Source of the DNA: an uncultured Bacillales bacterium
GTDB taxonomy: Bacteria; Bacillota_I; Bacilli_A; RF39; UBA660
Assembly (NCBI GenBank): GCA_946408655.1
Contig: CAMJTE010000003.1
Span: 1 to 38,987 of the forward strand
Direction: 5' to 3'
DNA length: 38,987 nt
A program made the position numbers and the translations under genes. The stretch's first letter is position 1; every line of letters begins with the position of its first letter. This document shows positions 1 to 8,991 of the stretch, piece by piece. The notes below the pieces were generated by a model. It had not been told where the DNA came from. It worked only from the letters and a program-made list of their open reading frames with translations, and made no database searches.

Positions 1-13
1 GTTTGCGGTTTTG

Positions 14-727
14 TTATGTGGATTTTATAATTTTAATGCCGTTTAATTCTAGTTTTCGAACAACTCTATTACTAATTTGTCTTACATTAGTACCTTCTAA
101 TTCAAACTGTAAACCTATCATATAAGGAGCAGTTCTATATTCAAATTGTAACAAATTCATCTCACTAAACTTTGCAATATAATAGTAAGGGACAAAACTT
201 TTATCATAAAAATACATTTTACGCATTTCTTCTAAACTTTTAATATCTATTTGATATAACCAAGATAAATAATCGTCATCTTTATAAGCCATATATGTAT
301 TATCAAGCGCCAGATAAGGAAGAAGTTCATTTAGTCGCCAATAGTATTGTTTTAAAAGACAAATTAATGAATCATAATTATCATCTAAACATTCAGTGAT
401 AGATGGGCTTATTTTAAAAATTTCAAGAATATCTCCTTTTTTTATATTATCAATGCTAAACGCACAATTTGGTCTACAAAATTCTTGGAAACTGGAGCTA
501 TCATCAAGAATTTTATACATGCCTGCATAATTTTCTAAAGTCTCTTTATAATTGTCATTATTTAAATATATAAATTCATGTGAATATTTTTCTTTCTCTA
601 AATCTCCAAAACATCTAACAACTATATTCACATTGCTATCGATATTATAATTCCCATTTTTAATTCTATTTTTTACATATCTTTTCTTAAATTCATCTAA
701 ATCTCTAAGTATATATAATCTATCCAT
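14..727 (-). CDS. Hypothetical protein, 237 aa
   Basis: ORF with AGGAGG RBS; no family recognised. Confidence 0.7.
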   Translation of the reverse strand: MDRLYILRDLDEFKKRYVKNRIKNGNYNIDSNVNIVVRCFGDLEKEKYSHEFIYLNNDNYKETLENYAGMYKILDDSSSFQEFCRPNCAFSIDNIKKGDILEIFKISPSITECLDDNYDSLICLLKQYYWRLNELLPYLALDNTYMAYKDDDYLSWLYQIDIKSLEEMRKMYFYDKSFVPYYYIAKFSEMNLLQFEYRTAPYMIGLQFELEGTNVRQISNRVVRKLELNGIKIIKST

Positions 728-774
728 AATAACCTCCTAGTCAAATAATAACACAAAAAAAATCTTATATCAAT

Positions 775-798
775 AAAAAAAAGAGAGCACTCTCTTTT
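775..798 (-). terminator. Intrinsic terminator after the YjcZ-like small ORFs
   Basis: AAAAGAGA-gcac-TCTCTTTT stem followed on the minus strand by a T run. Confidence 0.6.
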
Positions 799-928
799 AA
801 AATAAACAAGAACCAAGTATAATCGCAAGTAAGATGTATAAAACAATAATTATAATATAACTATTATTTCCACAACATCTATTAGTTGTTCCGCAATTGT
901 TGTTGGTGTTTTGATTGTTTGCACACAT
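797..928 (-). CDS. YjcZ/SscA-like sporulation small membrane protein, 43 aa (not in ORF track)
   Basis: MCANNQNTNNNCGTTNRCCGNNSYIIIIVLYILLAIILGSCLF; AAGGAGG RBS; C-terminal IIVLYILLAIILG matches the YjcZ VLFILLIIVG motif. Confidence 0.8.
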   Translation of the reverse strand: MCANNQNTNNNCGTTNRCCGNNSYIIIIVLYILLAIILGSCLF

Positions 929-940
929 AATTACACCTCC

Positions 941-1027
941 TTAAATATATGCTCCTAGTATAATTATTAATAAAATAAATAATACTAATACGATAGCTGC
1001 GCCAGACACGCCATGATTACAACACAT
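941..1027 (-). CDS. YjcZ/SscA-like sporulation small membrane protein, 28 aa (not in ORF track)
   Basis: MCCNHGVSGAAIVLVLFILLIIILGAYI; AGGAGGAG RBS at 1033-1040; canonical VLFILLIII-G motif. Confidence 0.85.
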   Translation of the reverse strand: MCCNHGVSGAAIVLVLFILLIIILGAYI

Positions 1028-1048
1028 ATTCACTCCTCCTTTATCTAT

Positions 1049-1083
1049 TTTCATAGTATTCTATGAAATTTTTTTAAAATTGT
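1049..1083 (-). promoter_or_regulatory. Candidate mother-cell sigma (SigK/SigE-like) promoter overlapped by an 8-bp inverted repeat
   Basis: Minus strand AC-N16-CATAGAAT; inverted repeat TTTCATAG-tatt-CTATGAAA at 1049-1068. Confidence 0.4.
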
Positions 1084-1171
1084 GATATAAATGTTGTTTT
1101 TTCTTTTGTTTTCTGCTATGATTAATTCGTATGGTGCATATTACATCGTATTAGGAGAGGAGATTTTTTAT

Positions 1172-2536
1172 ATGGCAAAGACTAATAATAGTCAAAAGAA
1201 AAGTACTAAAAATAGTACAAGAAAAGCTACAGCAAAAAACACTAAAAGAGTTGCAACTGCAAAGAAATCAGCTAATACTAAAAGTGTAAAAAAGCCGGTA
1301 GTAAAAAAAGTAGAAAAGGAATTTGTTCCTGAAGTAAAGGTTGAAGAGGTTAAACCAGAGGTTATTAAGACTTCAAGAACTAAATCTACTAAAAATGATG
1401 GTTTTGTTTCTAAAACTAAAAATAATATTCTAAAGAACTGGGAAGAAAGAAGAGAGTTTGTTATTGCATGTATTATAATTGCAATACTTGCAATTATAAT
1501 TGTATTACTTGCAGTATGTAAACGTATTCCAAAAACTAAGAATGGCGAAGAAGTTCTAGCTAGTGTAGATGGTCTTACAGTTACAAGTGATAAACTATAT
1601 CAAGATTTAAAAAATCAATATGGTACTACTAATGTAATTAATATGATTGATGAGTATATTGCAAATGACTATGTTAAGAAGTTAACTAAAGATGATGAAA
1701 AATATGTTAATCAAGTAGTTGATTATTATAAACAATATGCAGAATACTATGGTGCAAGCTTTGAGGATTTCTTAAGTCAATATGTAGGAATTCAAGGAGT
1801 AACTAATGAAAAAGAATTTAGAGCTTATGTTACTAAAGATTATAAAAAAACACTTGCAGTTAAAAAATATATTGGTTCTACTATAAGTGAAGAAGAATTA
1901 AAGAAGGAATTTAATGAAAACTATAAAGAAAAATTAACTGTAAGACATATTTTAATTGAAGTAAATGACGAAACTTCTGAAGAAGATGCTAAAAAGAAAG
2001 CTGAAGATTTAATTAATCAATTAAATGAAGTTAAAGATGATGCTGATAAATTAGAGAAGAAATTTAAAGATTTAGCTTATGATAATTCTGATGATAAAGC
2101 TTCTTATGAAGATGGTGGATTATTCAAAGATTTCTCTAAGAGTGGTGTTGATGAAGCATTCTATAACGCTTCTAAAAAACTTAAAAAAGGAGAATATACT
2201 GCTGAACCTGTTAAGAGTCAATATGGATATCATGTTATCTTAAAAGTTTCAAGTAAAACTAATAAATATAAAGATGTTAAAGAAACTATTAAGAAAGATT
2301 TAGCAGAAAAGAAATTAAATGAAGATTCTACTTTACAAGTTAAATCTTGGGATAAATTAAGAAAGAAATATAAATTAAAAATTAATGATACTGATGTAGA
2401 AAAAGCATACAAGAAAACAGTAAGTGATGGTTCTAAGAAAGAAGAAACTAAAAAAGATAGTTCTTCTGAAACAAATGAAACTACTGAAAATAATGAATCA
2501 TCTGAAACAAAAGAAGAAACTAGTTCTGAAGAATAA
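1172..2536 (+). CDS. prsA: PrsA-like parvulin peptidyl-prolyl isomerase (foldase) with basic N-terminal extension and TM anchor
   Basis: VRHILI, FKDLA..NSDD, GGL, F..A..LKKGE..PVKSQYGYHVI motifs; start moved to ATG 1172 after a GGAG RBS. Confidence 0.85.
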   Translation: MAKTNNSQKKSTKNSTRKATAKNTKRVATAKKSANTKSVKKPVVKKVEKEFVPEVKVEEVKPEVIKTSRTKSTKNDGFVSKTKNNILKNWEERREFVIACIIIAILAIIIVLLAVCKRIPKTKNGEEVLASVDGLTVTSDKLYQDLKNQYGTTNVINMIDEYIANDYVKKLTKDDEKYVNQVVDYYKQYAEYYGASFEDFLSQYVGIQGVTNEKEFRAYVTKDYKKTLAVKKYIGSTISEEELKKEFNENYKEKLTVRHILIEVNDETSEEDAKKKAEDLINQLNEVKDDADKLEKKFKDLAYDNSDDKASYEDGGLFKDFSKSGVDEAFYNASKKLKKGEYTAEPVKSQYGYHVILKVSSKTNKYKDVKETIKKDLAEKKLNEDSTLQVKSWDKLRKKYKLKINDTDVEKAYKKTVSDGSKKEETKKDSSSETNETTENNESSETKEETSSEE

Positions 2537-2566
2537 AAAGAAGATTAATGCAAATCTTCTTTTTTT
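2536..2566. terminator. Bidirectional terminator between convergent prsA and recX
   Basis: AAAAGAAGATT/AATCTTCTTTT inverted repeat with T tail. Confidence 0.55.
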
Positions 2567-3303
2567 ATGTCATCATAATTAAAACCTTTTAAATATAATT
2601 TATTTTTTATAACATATTCTAACTCGTTATCTTGATATTTTTTAGAAAACTTATTATATAGTTTATTGTACTCTTTTATAAGAACAGAATAATTATTGAT
2701 AGAATTTCTATCATATATATCTACTATATCATAGTAATTATAGCCTAAATTCATCATATCAGTTATAATCTTATTTTTAAGAATAAAATTAGAGTATTTA
2801 TGATTACTATTAATTCTCTTTATAATCATTTTTTCTAACTTTTCTTGCTCATTATATTCTACTTTACTTATTTCATCTTCTATAATATTAACATCAATAT
2901 TACTATCTATTAAATCTTTTTTTACCTTTTTTATACTATCTTTAGTTAAATATAGTTTATCATTTATGTAACTCTTAACATATACTCTATCATTAATTAG
3001 ATTAATACTTTTTAGTTTATCAATAATACTATCTTTATCAATATCATTTATTTCTAGTTTATCTAAATACTTTCTAACTTCTATTTCAGCTCTAACCTTT
3101 TTCATACAATAATTTAAAGTTTTATTATACGATTCATAATAAACAGTTTCTAAACTTAACACATTTAATAATTCTTCATCTATCTTTTTACTATATAGAA
3201 GATTATGATTTAAAATAATATCATCATAAGTAATAAATTCATAACTATCTAACTTTACTTTATATTTGCCATTCTTTAACTTAGTAATTTTTTTAATCTC
3301 CAT
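2545..3303 (-). CDS. recX: RecX family regulatory protein
   Basis: Firmicute long RecX pattern (IKKI..KNGKY, R.E.EVR.YL, IIDKL..NLIND..Y, KLY.KGF); likely ATG at 3303. Confidence 0.8.
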   Translation of the reverse strand: MEIKKITKLKNGKYKVKLDSYEFITYDDIILNHNLLYSKKIDEELLNVLSLETVYYESYNKTLNYCMKKVRAEIEVRKYLDKLEINDIDKDSIIDKLKSINLINDRVYVKSYINDKLYLTKDSIKKVKKDLIDSNIDVNIIEDEISKVEYNEQEKLEKMIIKRINSNHKYSNFILKNKIITDMMNLGYNYYDIVDIYDRNSINNYSVLIKEYNKLYNKFSKKYQDNELEYVIKNKLYLKGFNYDDIKKEDLH

Positions 3304-3386
3304 AAACTCACCAACAAAATCATATAACTTCATTAAAATTTAGTCAAGAAAAAAGTAGATTAGATCTACCTTTTTGTTATAAATAA

Positions 3387-4115
3387 TTACTTAATCTCTT
3401 TATGATTACTTATAATAATGCCAACTATAAATGATAAAACTATATAAACTATACCTATTATAATAGCAAACATAGTCTCATTGTTAAAAGCATTAGTAAT
3501 CCAAAACTTAGATATTGTTAAACCTTTTTTTAATTTTAATAATACATCAACTAATGTTAATATTCCTGGAGCTAGAAAACTAGTTAAAAGACAAGCTACT
3601 AAGGCACCACTAGATTTAGATGTAATAGTTGAAATAAGACTATAAAACGATGTAAGTCCAATAATAGTAACATAGTATACCGCAACTTTAGAAAGTGTAT
3701 TACTATCTAATGCAACAAAATTGCTACCTACAATAATACACGTTAAATAAGAAAATATAAATGATACAGCAAACATAATTGTTGCTCCTACAATTGTTGT
3801 CATATATTTCGATATAAAGACTTGTTTTCTAGAAAAGCCACGTGCAATAATATTTTTCATTGTTCCATTTGAGATATCTAAAGTAAAGAATAATGCCACA
3901 TATATAGTTAAAAATATGTCAAATTGCCCTGGATTAATAAACGATAAAAGAATACTATTAGAATCCATTTTACCTATTTCAATAGATGTTAGATTTGATA
4001 ATAAATTATTTGATATAGTCATTAAAGAAGCAAGTCCAACTGCAACTATCATGCAAATATAAAATGACTTTTGTTTAAATAAATTACGAAATTGAAAACT
4101 AATTAATCTTTCCAT
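3387..4115 (-). CDS. ABC-2 type exporter permease
   Basis: About 6 TM segments, D.SNGTMKNIIARGFSR.Q.F.SK motif; adjacent to ATPase; start ATG 4115 or GTG 4124. Confidence 0.85.
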   Translation of the reverse strand: MERLISFQFRNLFKQKSFYICMIVAVGLASLMTISNNLLSNLTSIEIGKMDSNSILLSFINPGQFDIFLTIYVALFFTLDISNGTMKNIIARGFSRKQVFISKYMTTIVGATIMFAVSFIFSYLTCIIVGSNFVALDSNTLSKVAVYYVTIIGLTSFYSLISTITSKSSGALVACLLTSFLAPGILTLVDVLLKLKKGLTISKFWITNAFNNETMFAIIIGIVYIVLSFIVGIIISNHKEIK

Positions 4116-4116
4116 C

Positions 4117-5010
4117 TTACTCACCTATCTTTCTAATAAAGTATTCTTCTAAGCTATCAACCTTAGTATAAATTTCACTTACTTTTATTCCCTTATCAAT
4201 TAAAAGCTTATTTATTTCTGCACTATTATCTAAATTAGAATATAAAACAAGGGTATTATCATTAATCTCTATATCTTTAACACTATACTCATTTTCAATT
4301 AACTTTTTCGCTTTTTCATTATTATTAGTTTTAATAATTAACTTATTTTTACAATTTTCAATTAATTCTTCTGCCGAAATTTCTTCCAATAAAACACCAT
4401 TATCAATAATACCATATCTAGTAACTACTTTAGCAAGTTCATCAAGTAAATGACTAGATATTAGAAACGTGATACCTTTTTCTTTATTAAGTTTTAATAT
4501 AACATCTCTTATTTCCTTGATTCCTTTTGGATCAAGTCCATTAATTGGCTCATCTAAAACTAAGAATTCAGGCTCCCCTAATAAAGCAATAGCTATCCCT
4601 AATCTTTGCCTCATACCTAAAGAAAAATCTTTAGCTTTTTTCTTACCTGTTTTATGAAGATTAACAAATTTCAATATTTCATTTATTTTAGATTCATCTG
4701 CTCCATAAAGTATAGAAAAACGCTTTAAATTTTCGTAAGCTGTGGCATTCTTATATAAACCAGGTGCTTCAATTAATGAACCAATCTTGCACCCAACTTC
4801 TTCAATTCTTTTACCACCAAATAATTCAACTTTACCTTTAGTTATACTAGTCAATGATAGAATCATACGCATAAACGTTGTTTTTCCTGCACCATTTTTT
4901 CCAATAAATCCATATATCTCCCCTTTTTTTATTGTCATGTTCACACCATCGACAACCTTCCTTACTCCATATACTTTAGTAAGATTATTTGTTTTTAAAA
5001 TTACTTCCAT
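4117..5010 (-). CDS. ABC exporter ATP-binding protein (BcrA/lantibiotic-immunity-like)
   Basis: Walker A GKNGAGKT, FSLGMRQRLG signature, LDEPINGLD, SSH. Confidence 0.92.
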   Translation of the reverse strand: MEVILKTNNLTKVYGVRKVVDGVNMTIKKGEIYGFIGKNGAGKTTFMRMILSLTSITKGKVELFGGKRIEEVGCKIGSLIEAPGLYKNATAYENLKRFSILYGADESKINEILKFVNLHKTGKKKAKDFSLGMRQRLGIAIALLGEPEFLVLDEPINGLDPKGIKEIRDVILKLNKEKGITFLISSHLLDELAKVVTRYGIIDNGVLLEEISAEELIENCKNKLIIKTNNNEKAKKLIENEYSVKDIEINDNTLVLYSNLDNSAEINKLLIDKGIKVSEIYTKVDSLEEYFIRKIGE

Positions 5011-5098
5011 AAATACTCCTTTCAATTTTACTCATATTCCCCTTTATTTCTTATTTTAACTATATTAGTTATCACCTCATTTATATTATTATACATAA

Positions 5099-5770
5099 CT
5101 ATTTAGTCTTGTTTACGATATCTTCAGAACTATAATTGTCAGCATATGAATTTAAATAGCTCAAAAACTTATTATTAAGATCACTACAAGCCAAAGCATG
5201 ATATTTTAATTCTCTTTCAATAAACTTTTGATATTGGATTTTATAAAATAATTCTGGGTTATTAAGTTTTTGATAATCATTAATATAAATTAGTTCTCCA
5301 AAATCTATTAAATATACTTGTCCATTCTCATCTTTTCCAAAATTTTCAAGTTTTTTTGCATCATTAAATAAATAACCATCCATTCTAAGTTTAACGTAAC
5401 AAGCATCGCGTTCATCCTCTGAAACATTACCAATCTGCAATGTTTTAAGCCCTATAATTGTCGGATAATTTACATCACCAGTATCTACTTTATGTTCAAA
5501 TAATGGTTGCAGTATAGCGCTGCTATGACTTAAATAATCACTTAAAGTTTCATAACCCTTATATCTTACATAAGTTAACCTAATCACAATATCATCTTTT
5601 ATAAAATTTATCGATGTTTCACCGCTTTCAACATGCAAATTATTCAAATCAAAATTACTAGAAACTAAATAATTCAATAAATCTTTAATAACAATATCAA
5701 TACTCTTTTCTACAGCAAATGAAGAATTATTTAATATATATTCCTTTAATTCATTAACATTTATAGTCAT
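5099..5770 (-). CDS. Hypothetical protein with protein-kinase-like C-lobe motifs
   Basis: FNDAKKLENFG...VYLIDFGEL resembles the catalytic loop and DFG motif. Confidence 0.55.
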   Translation of the reverse strand: MTINVNELKEYILNNSSFAVEKSIDIVIKDLLNYLVSSNFDLNNLHVESGETSINFIKDDIVIRLTYVRYKGYETLSDYLSHSSAILQPLFEHKVDTGDVNYPTIIGLKTLQIGNVSEDERDACYVKLRMDGYLFNDAKKLENFGKDENGQVYLIDFGELIYINDYQKLNNPELFYKIQYQKFIERELKYHALACSDLNNKFLSYLNSYADNYSSEDIVNKTK

Positions 5771-5929
5771 CTTCTCAACACCTATAACAATTATACTATT
5801 ATTTATAAAGAAAAACTAGGTTAATATCACTAAATATTTTCAACTACATCAGCATATACTAAATAATTGGTTTTAGATAAAATACGATTAAAATACCATT
5901 CTTTTTTTTCTAATATACTTCATTTTTTT

Positions 5930-5957
5930 AAAATAAAACTCAAGAAAATTCTTGAGT
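5930..5957 (-). terminator. Terminator after the tRNA-Ile/tRNA-Glu pair
   Basis: ACTCAAGA-aaat-TCTTGAGT stem plus T-rich tail on the minus strand. Confidence 0.65.
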
Positions 5958-5968
5958 AAAATTCAATT

Positions 5969-6045
5969 TGGTGACCCGTACGGGATTTGAACCCATGAAT
6001 GCATGCGTGAAAGGCATGTGTGTTAAGCCACTTCACCAACGGGCC
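5969..6045 (-). tRNA. tRNA-Glu(UUC)
   Basis: Cloverleaf GGCCCGT...TTC anticodon...GTTCAAATC...ACCA. Confidence 0.96.
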
Positions 6046-6053
6046 ATAATTAA

Positions 6054-6130
6054 TGGTGGGCCTGGATGGACTTGAACCATCGACCTCCCGCTTATCAGAC
6101 GGACGCTCTAACCAGCTGAGCTACAAGCCC
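6054..6130 (-). tRNA. tRNA-Ile(GAU)
   Basis: GGGCTTGTAGCTCAGCTGG...CT GAT AA...GTTCAAGTC...ACCA. Confidence 0.96.
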
Positions 6131-6150
6131 AATTAATCAATGACTATTCA

Positions 6151-6179
6151 AGTATACATTATTTTTTTAATGTCGTCAA
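6151..6179 (-). promoter_or_regulatory. SigA promoter for the tRNA pair
   Basis: TTGACG-N17-TATACT. Confidence 0.7.
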
Positions 6180-6246
6180 TAGATTTTTCATAAATTTTAA
6201 GCATTTTTTTAACTTTTTAGTAAAATAGTGAGTAATAAGAAGCATT

Positions 6247-6711
6247 TTACTTCTTATTACTCTCATATATAATTGCTTCATATATTAAATCTACTAAATG
6301 ATTACTTGGTTCTAAATTATACTTATCAATTATTTTATCAAACACATCGTAACTATGTTCTAATCCTAAATAAGGATATACTAATTCTTTCTTGTTATTA
6401 ATTTCTTTTAAATAATTGCTTGTGTAATCATTTTCAATTAGTATAAGCGGATAATCTTCAACCCAATTTTTAAAATCATTTAAAATTGTATTATCATCAT
6501 ATACATAACTGAACATATCATTATCATAATTGGTAGCTTTTTTGATTGCAATATTATCTATCTTACTACTATCAAGTCTATAATCAAATCTATCTATTAA
6601 TGTAAGACCATTTAATTTGAGCGCCTGTAATTGACAAATATTGCCAACATCTGGATTTGAATTATCAGGAATAATTTCTACAATAATATATTTATCTTTA
6701 TCTAACTTCAT
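6247..6711 (-). CDS. Degenerate DnaQ/DEDDh exonuclease-like protein
   Basis: YIIVEIIP...ICQLQALK...IDRF and ILNDFKNWVEDYPLILIEN parallel the ExoI/ExoII regions, but canonical acidic residues are altered. Confidence 0.5.
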   Translation of the reverse strand: MKLDKDKYIIVEIIPDNSNPDVGNICQLQALKLNGLTLIDRFDYRLDSSKIDNIAIKKATNYDNDMFSYVYDDNTILNDFKNWVEDYPLILIENDYTSNYLKEINNKKELVYPYLGLEHSYDVFDKIIDKYNLEPSNHLVDLIYEAIIYESNKK

Positions 6712-6714
6712 ATA

Positions 6715-8454
6715 TTATCTTAACTTAATATGTGCCTCTCTAAGTTGTAATTCAGTTACTTCAGATGGAGCATTCATCATCATATCTGCACCTGATACAC
6801 TCATTGGGAATGCTTGAACCTCTCTTAGATTAGACTCACCTCTAAGTAACATAATCATTCTATCAATTCCTGGGGCCATACCAGCATGAGGAGGTGCACC
6901 AAACTTAAACGCATTATATAAAGATGTAAATTTTTCTTTTACAATACTCTTATTATATCCAACAAGTTCAAATGCTTTCTCTAATGCTTCAACGCTATGA
7001 TTACGAACTGCTCCTGAAGCCATTTCATTACCATTACATACAAAATCAAATTGACTGGCTATAATATCATCGATATTCTCTTTATCAAATGCTTCTATAC
7101 CATTCTTAGGCATTGAAAATGCATTATGACAGAAATCATATTTTTTTTCATCTTCATTATATTCAAACATTGGAAAATCGTTAATAATACAGAATTCAAA
7201 TACATTCTCATCTATTAATTCAAGACGACGCCCTAATTCTATTCTAATCATACCTGCTTGTTTAGTTGCAACTTTCTCTTTTCTATCAGCAATAAAGAAT
7301 AATACAGCATTTTCTTTTAAATTAGCTCTTTCAATTAAATTTTTTCTATCTTCATCTGTTAAGAACTTATCAATAGGTCCTTTAAAAGATAAATCATCAT
7401 TTACAGTAATATATCCAATACCAGGCATGCCAATAGTTTTAGCATAAGCTACTATTTCATTAAACCAACTATTTGATTTAGTACCTATACCATCTACTTT
7501 AATACCTCTAACTACACTACCTCTAAATGGCTTAAAATCACTATTTTCAAATATATCAGATAAATCAATAATTTCAAGAGGATTTCTTAAATCTGGTTTA
7601 TCTGTTCCATATTTTAACATAGCATCCTTATAACTAATACGTTTGAAAGGCGCCTTTGATACTTTTTTATCACTAAACTTAGTAAATGTATCATAGAATA
7701 CTTTCTCGCCTATTTTATATACATCTTCTTCATCAACAAAAGCCATTTCAAAGTCTAATTGATAAAATTCTAATGTTCTATCACTACGACAATCCTCATC
7801 TCTAAAACATGGCGCAATTTGATAATATTTATCAAAACCACTTACCATAAGTATTTCCTTAAAAATTTGAGGTGCTTGAGGCAATGCATAAAACTTACCT
7901 TTAAACTTACGCGATGGAATAATAAAATCTCTTGCTCCTTCTGGAGAAGATGCCGTAATTATTGGAGTTTGTACCTCCGTAAAATCCATAGAATCCATTT
8001 CGTTTCTTAAAAACTTTAAAAGCTCACTACGCATACGAATAGTATTTCCAACCTTCTCATTACGTAAATCTAAATAACGATATTTTAATCTAACATCCTC
8101 AGATACTTCTTTACTTTTAAGTATTTCAAAAGGCAACTCATTAGGTGCAATACCTAATACATCCAACTTTTCTACTAATAACTCAACAGTACCAGTAGAA
8201 ATATGATCATTATAATCATCCTCATTTCTTTTTCTAATAGTACCAGTTACTGTTACTGCTGATTCTTTAGTAAGTCCTTTAAATATAGAATCGTCGTTAC
8301 TTACTACTTGAATAATACCTGTATAATCTCTTACATCAACAAATATTACTCCTCCATGGTCTCTGATATTTGCAATCCATCCTGCAACTGTAACTTTATT
8401 ATCTACATCTAACTCGTTTATTTTACCACAATAACGATTACGATATTTACTCAT
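6715..8454 (-). CDS. aspS: Aspartate--tRNA ligase, probably non-discriminating
   Basis: RDHGG, RLKYRYLDLR, PEGARDF, YQIAPCFRDED, GAPPHAGMAPGIDR. Confidence 0.96.
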   Translation of the reverse strand: MSKYRNRYCGKINELDVDNKVTVAGWIANIRDHGGVIFVDVRDYTGIIQVVSNDDSIFKGLTKESAVTVTGTIRKRNEDDYNDHISTGTVELLVEKLDVLGIAPNELPFEILKSKEVSEDVRLKYRYLDLRNEKVGNTIRMRSELLKFLRNEMDSMDFTEVQTPIITASSPEGARDFIIPSRKFKGKFYALPQAPQIFKEILMVSGFDKYYQIAPCFRDEDCRSDRTLEFYQLDFEMAFVDEEDVYKIGEKVFYDTFTKFSDKKVSKAPFKRISYKDAMLKYGTDKPDLRNPLEIIDLSDIFENSDFKPFRGSVVRGIKVDGIGTKSNSWFNEIVAYAKTIGMPGIGYITVNDDLSFKGPIDKFLTDEDRKNLIERANLKENAVLFFIADRKEKVATKQAGMIRIELGRRLELIDENVFEFCIINDFPMFEYNEDEKKYDFCHNAFSMPKNGIEAFDKENIDDIIASQFDFVCNGNEMASGAVRNHSVEALEKAFELVGYNKSIVKEKFTSLYNAFKFGAPPHAGMAPGIDRMIMLLRGESNLREVQAFPMSVSGADMMMNAPSEVTELQLREAHIKLR

Positions 8455-8469
8455 AATATCTCCTTTCTT

Positions 8470-8988
8470 TTACATAAATAATCTCTTTTTTCTATAAGTT
8501 TTATATTCATCGTAGAACTCTTCTTCATTATCATTATAATAATCAACAAGTATTTTATCCTCTAAATTACAAGGAGTAGATATAATATAATACTTATTAT
8601 CTCTTAATACTTTTATATATCTATCTAATCCAGCATCTTTCTTAATCGTTTCAAAAGAAGCTACAATAATCTTTTTATCTAATTCAATATTCTTTAATTC
8701 ATCATTATAAAAATAATTAAGTTTACAAAGCGGATCAGCATTTATATAAGTATCTCCTGTATTTAATTTATCATTAGCAAATCTAAACTCTTTACCAGTA
8801 TTAATATCAATTAACATATCATCTAATTCTATTCCTAATTTAAATCCATCTATCTGAGAATAAATAAGTTCAAAATACTCACCATAATCATAATCATAAT
8901 AATAATCCTTAAATACTACTTTATATGAATAATAAATATTTATATCATCAACATTATATATTTTTTTCATAAAACTCACCATATTCAA
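8470..8988 (-). CDS. Hypothetical Tyr/Asp-rich protein inserted between gatB and aspS
   Basis: 172-aa ORF tightly packed in the operon; no family recognised. Confidence 0.55.
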   Translation of the reverse strand: MNMVSFMKKIYNVDDINIYYSYKVVFKDYYYDYDYGEYFELIYSQIDGFKLGIELDDMLIDINTGKEFRFANDKLNTGDTYINADPLCKLNYFYNDELKNIELDKKIIVASFETIKKDAGLDRYIKVLRDNKYYIISTPCNLEDKILVDYYNDNEEEFYDEYKTYRKKRLFM

Positions 8989-8991
8989 AAA

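Noticed and set aside
860-928. AAC-rich stretch as the DGR template repeat
   Set aside because: No alignment to the pilin VR scaffold; it is the Asn-rich N-terminus of a YjcZ-like peptide
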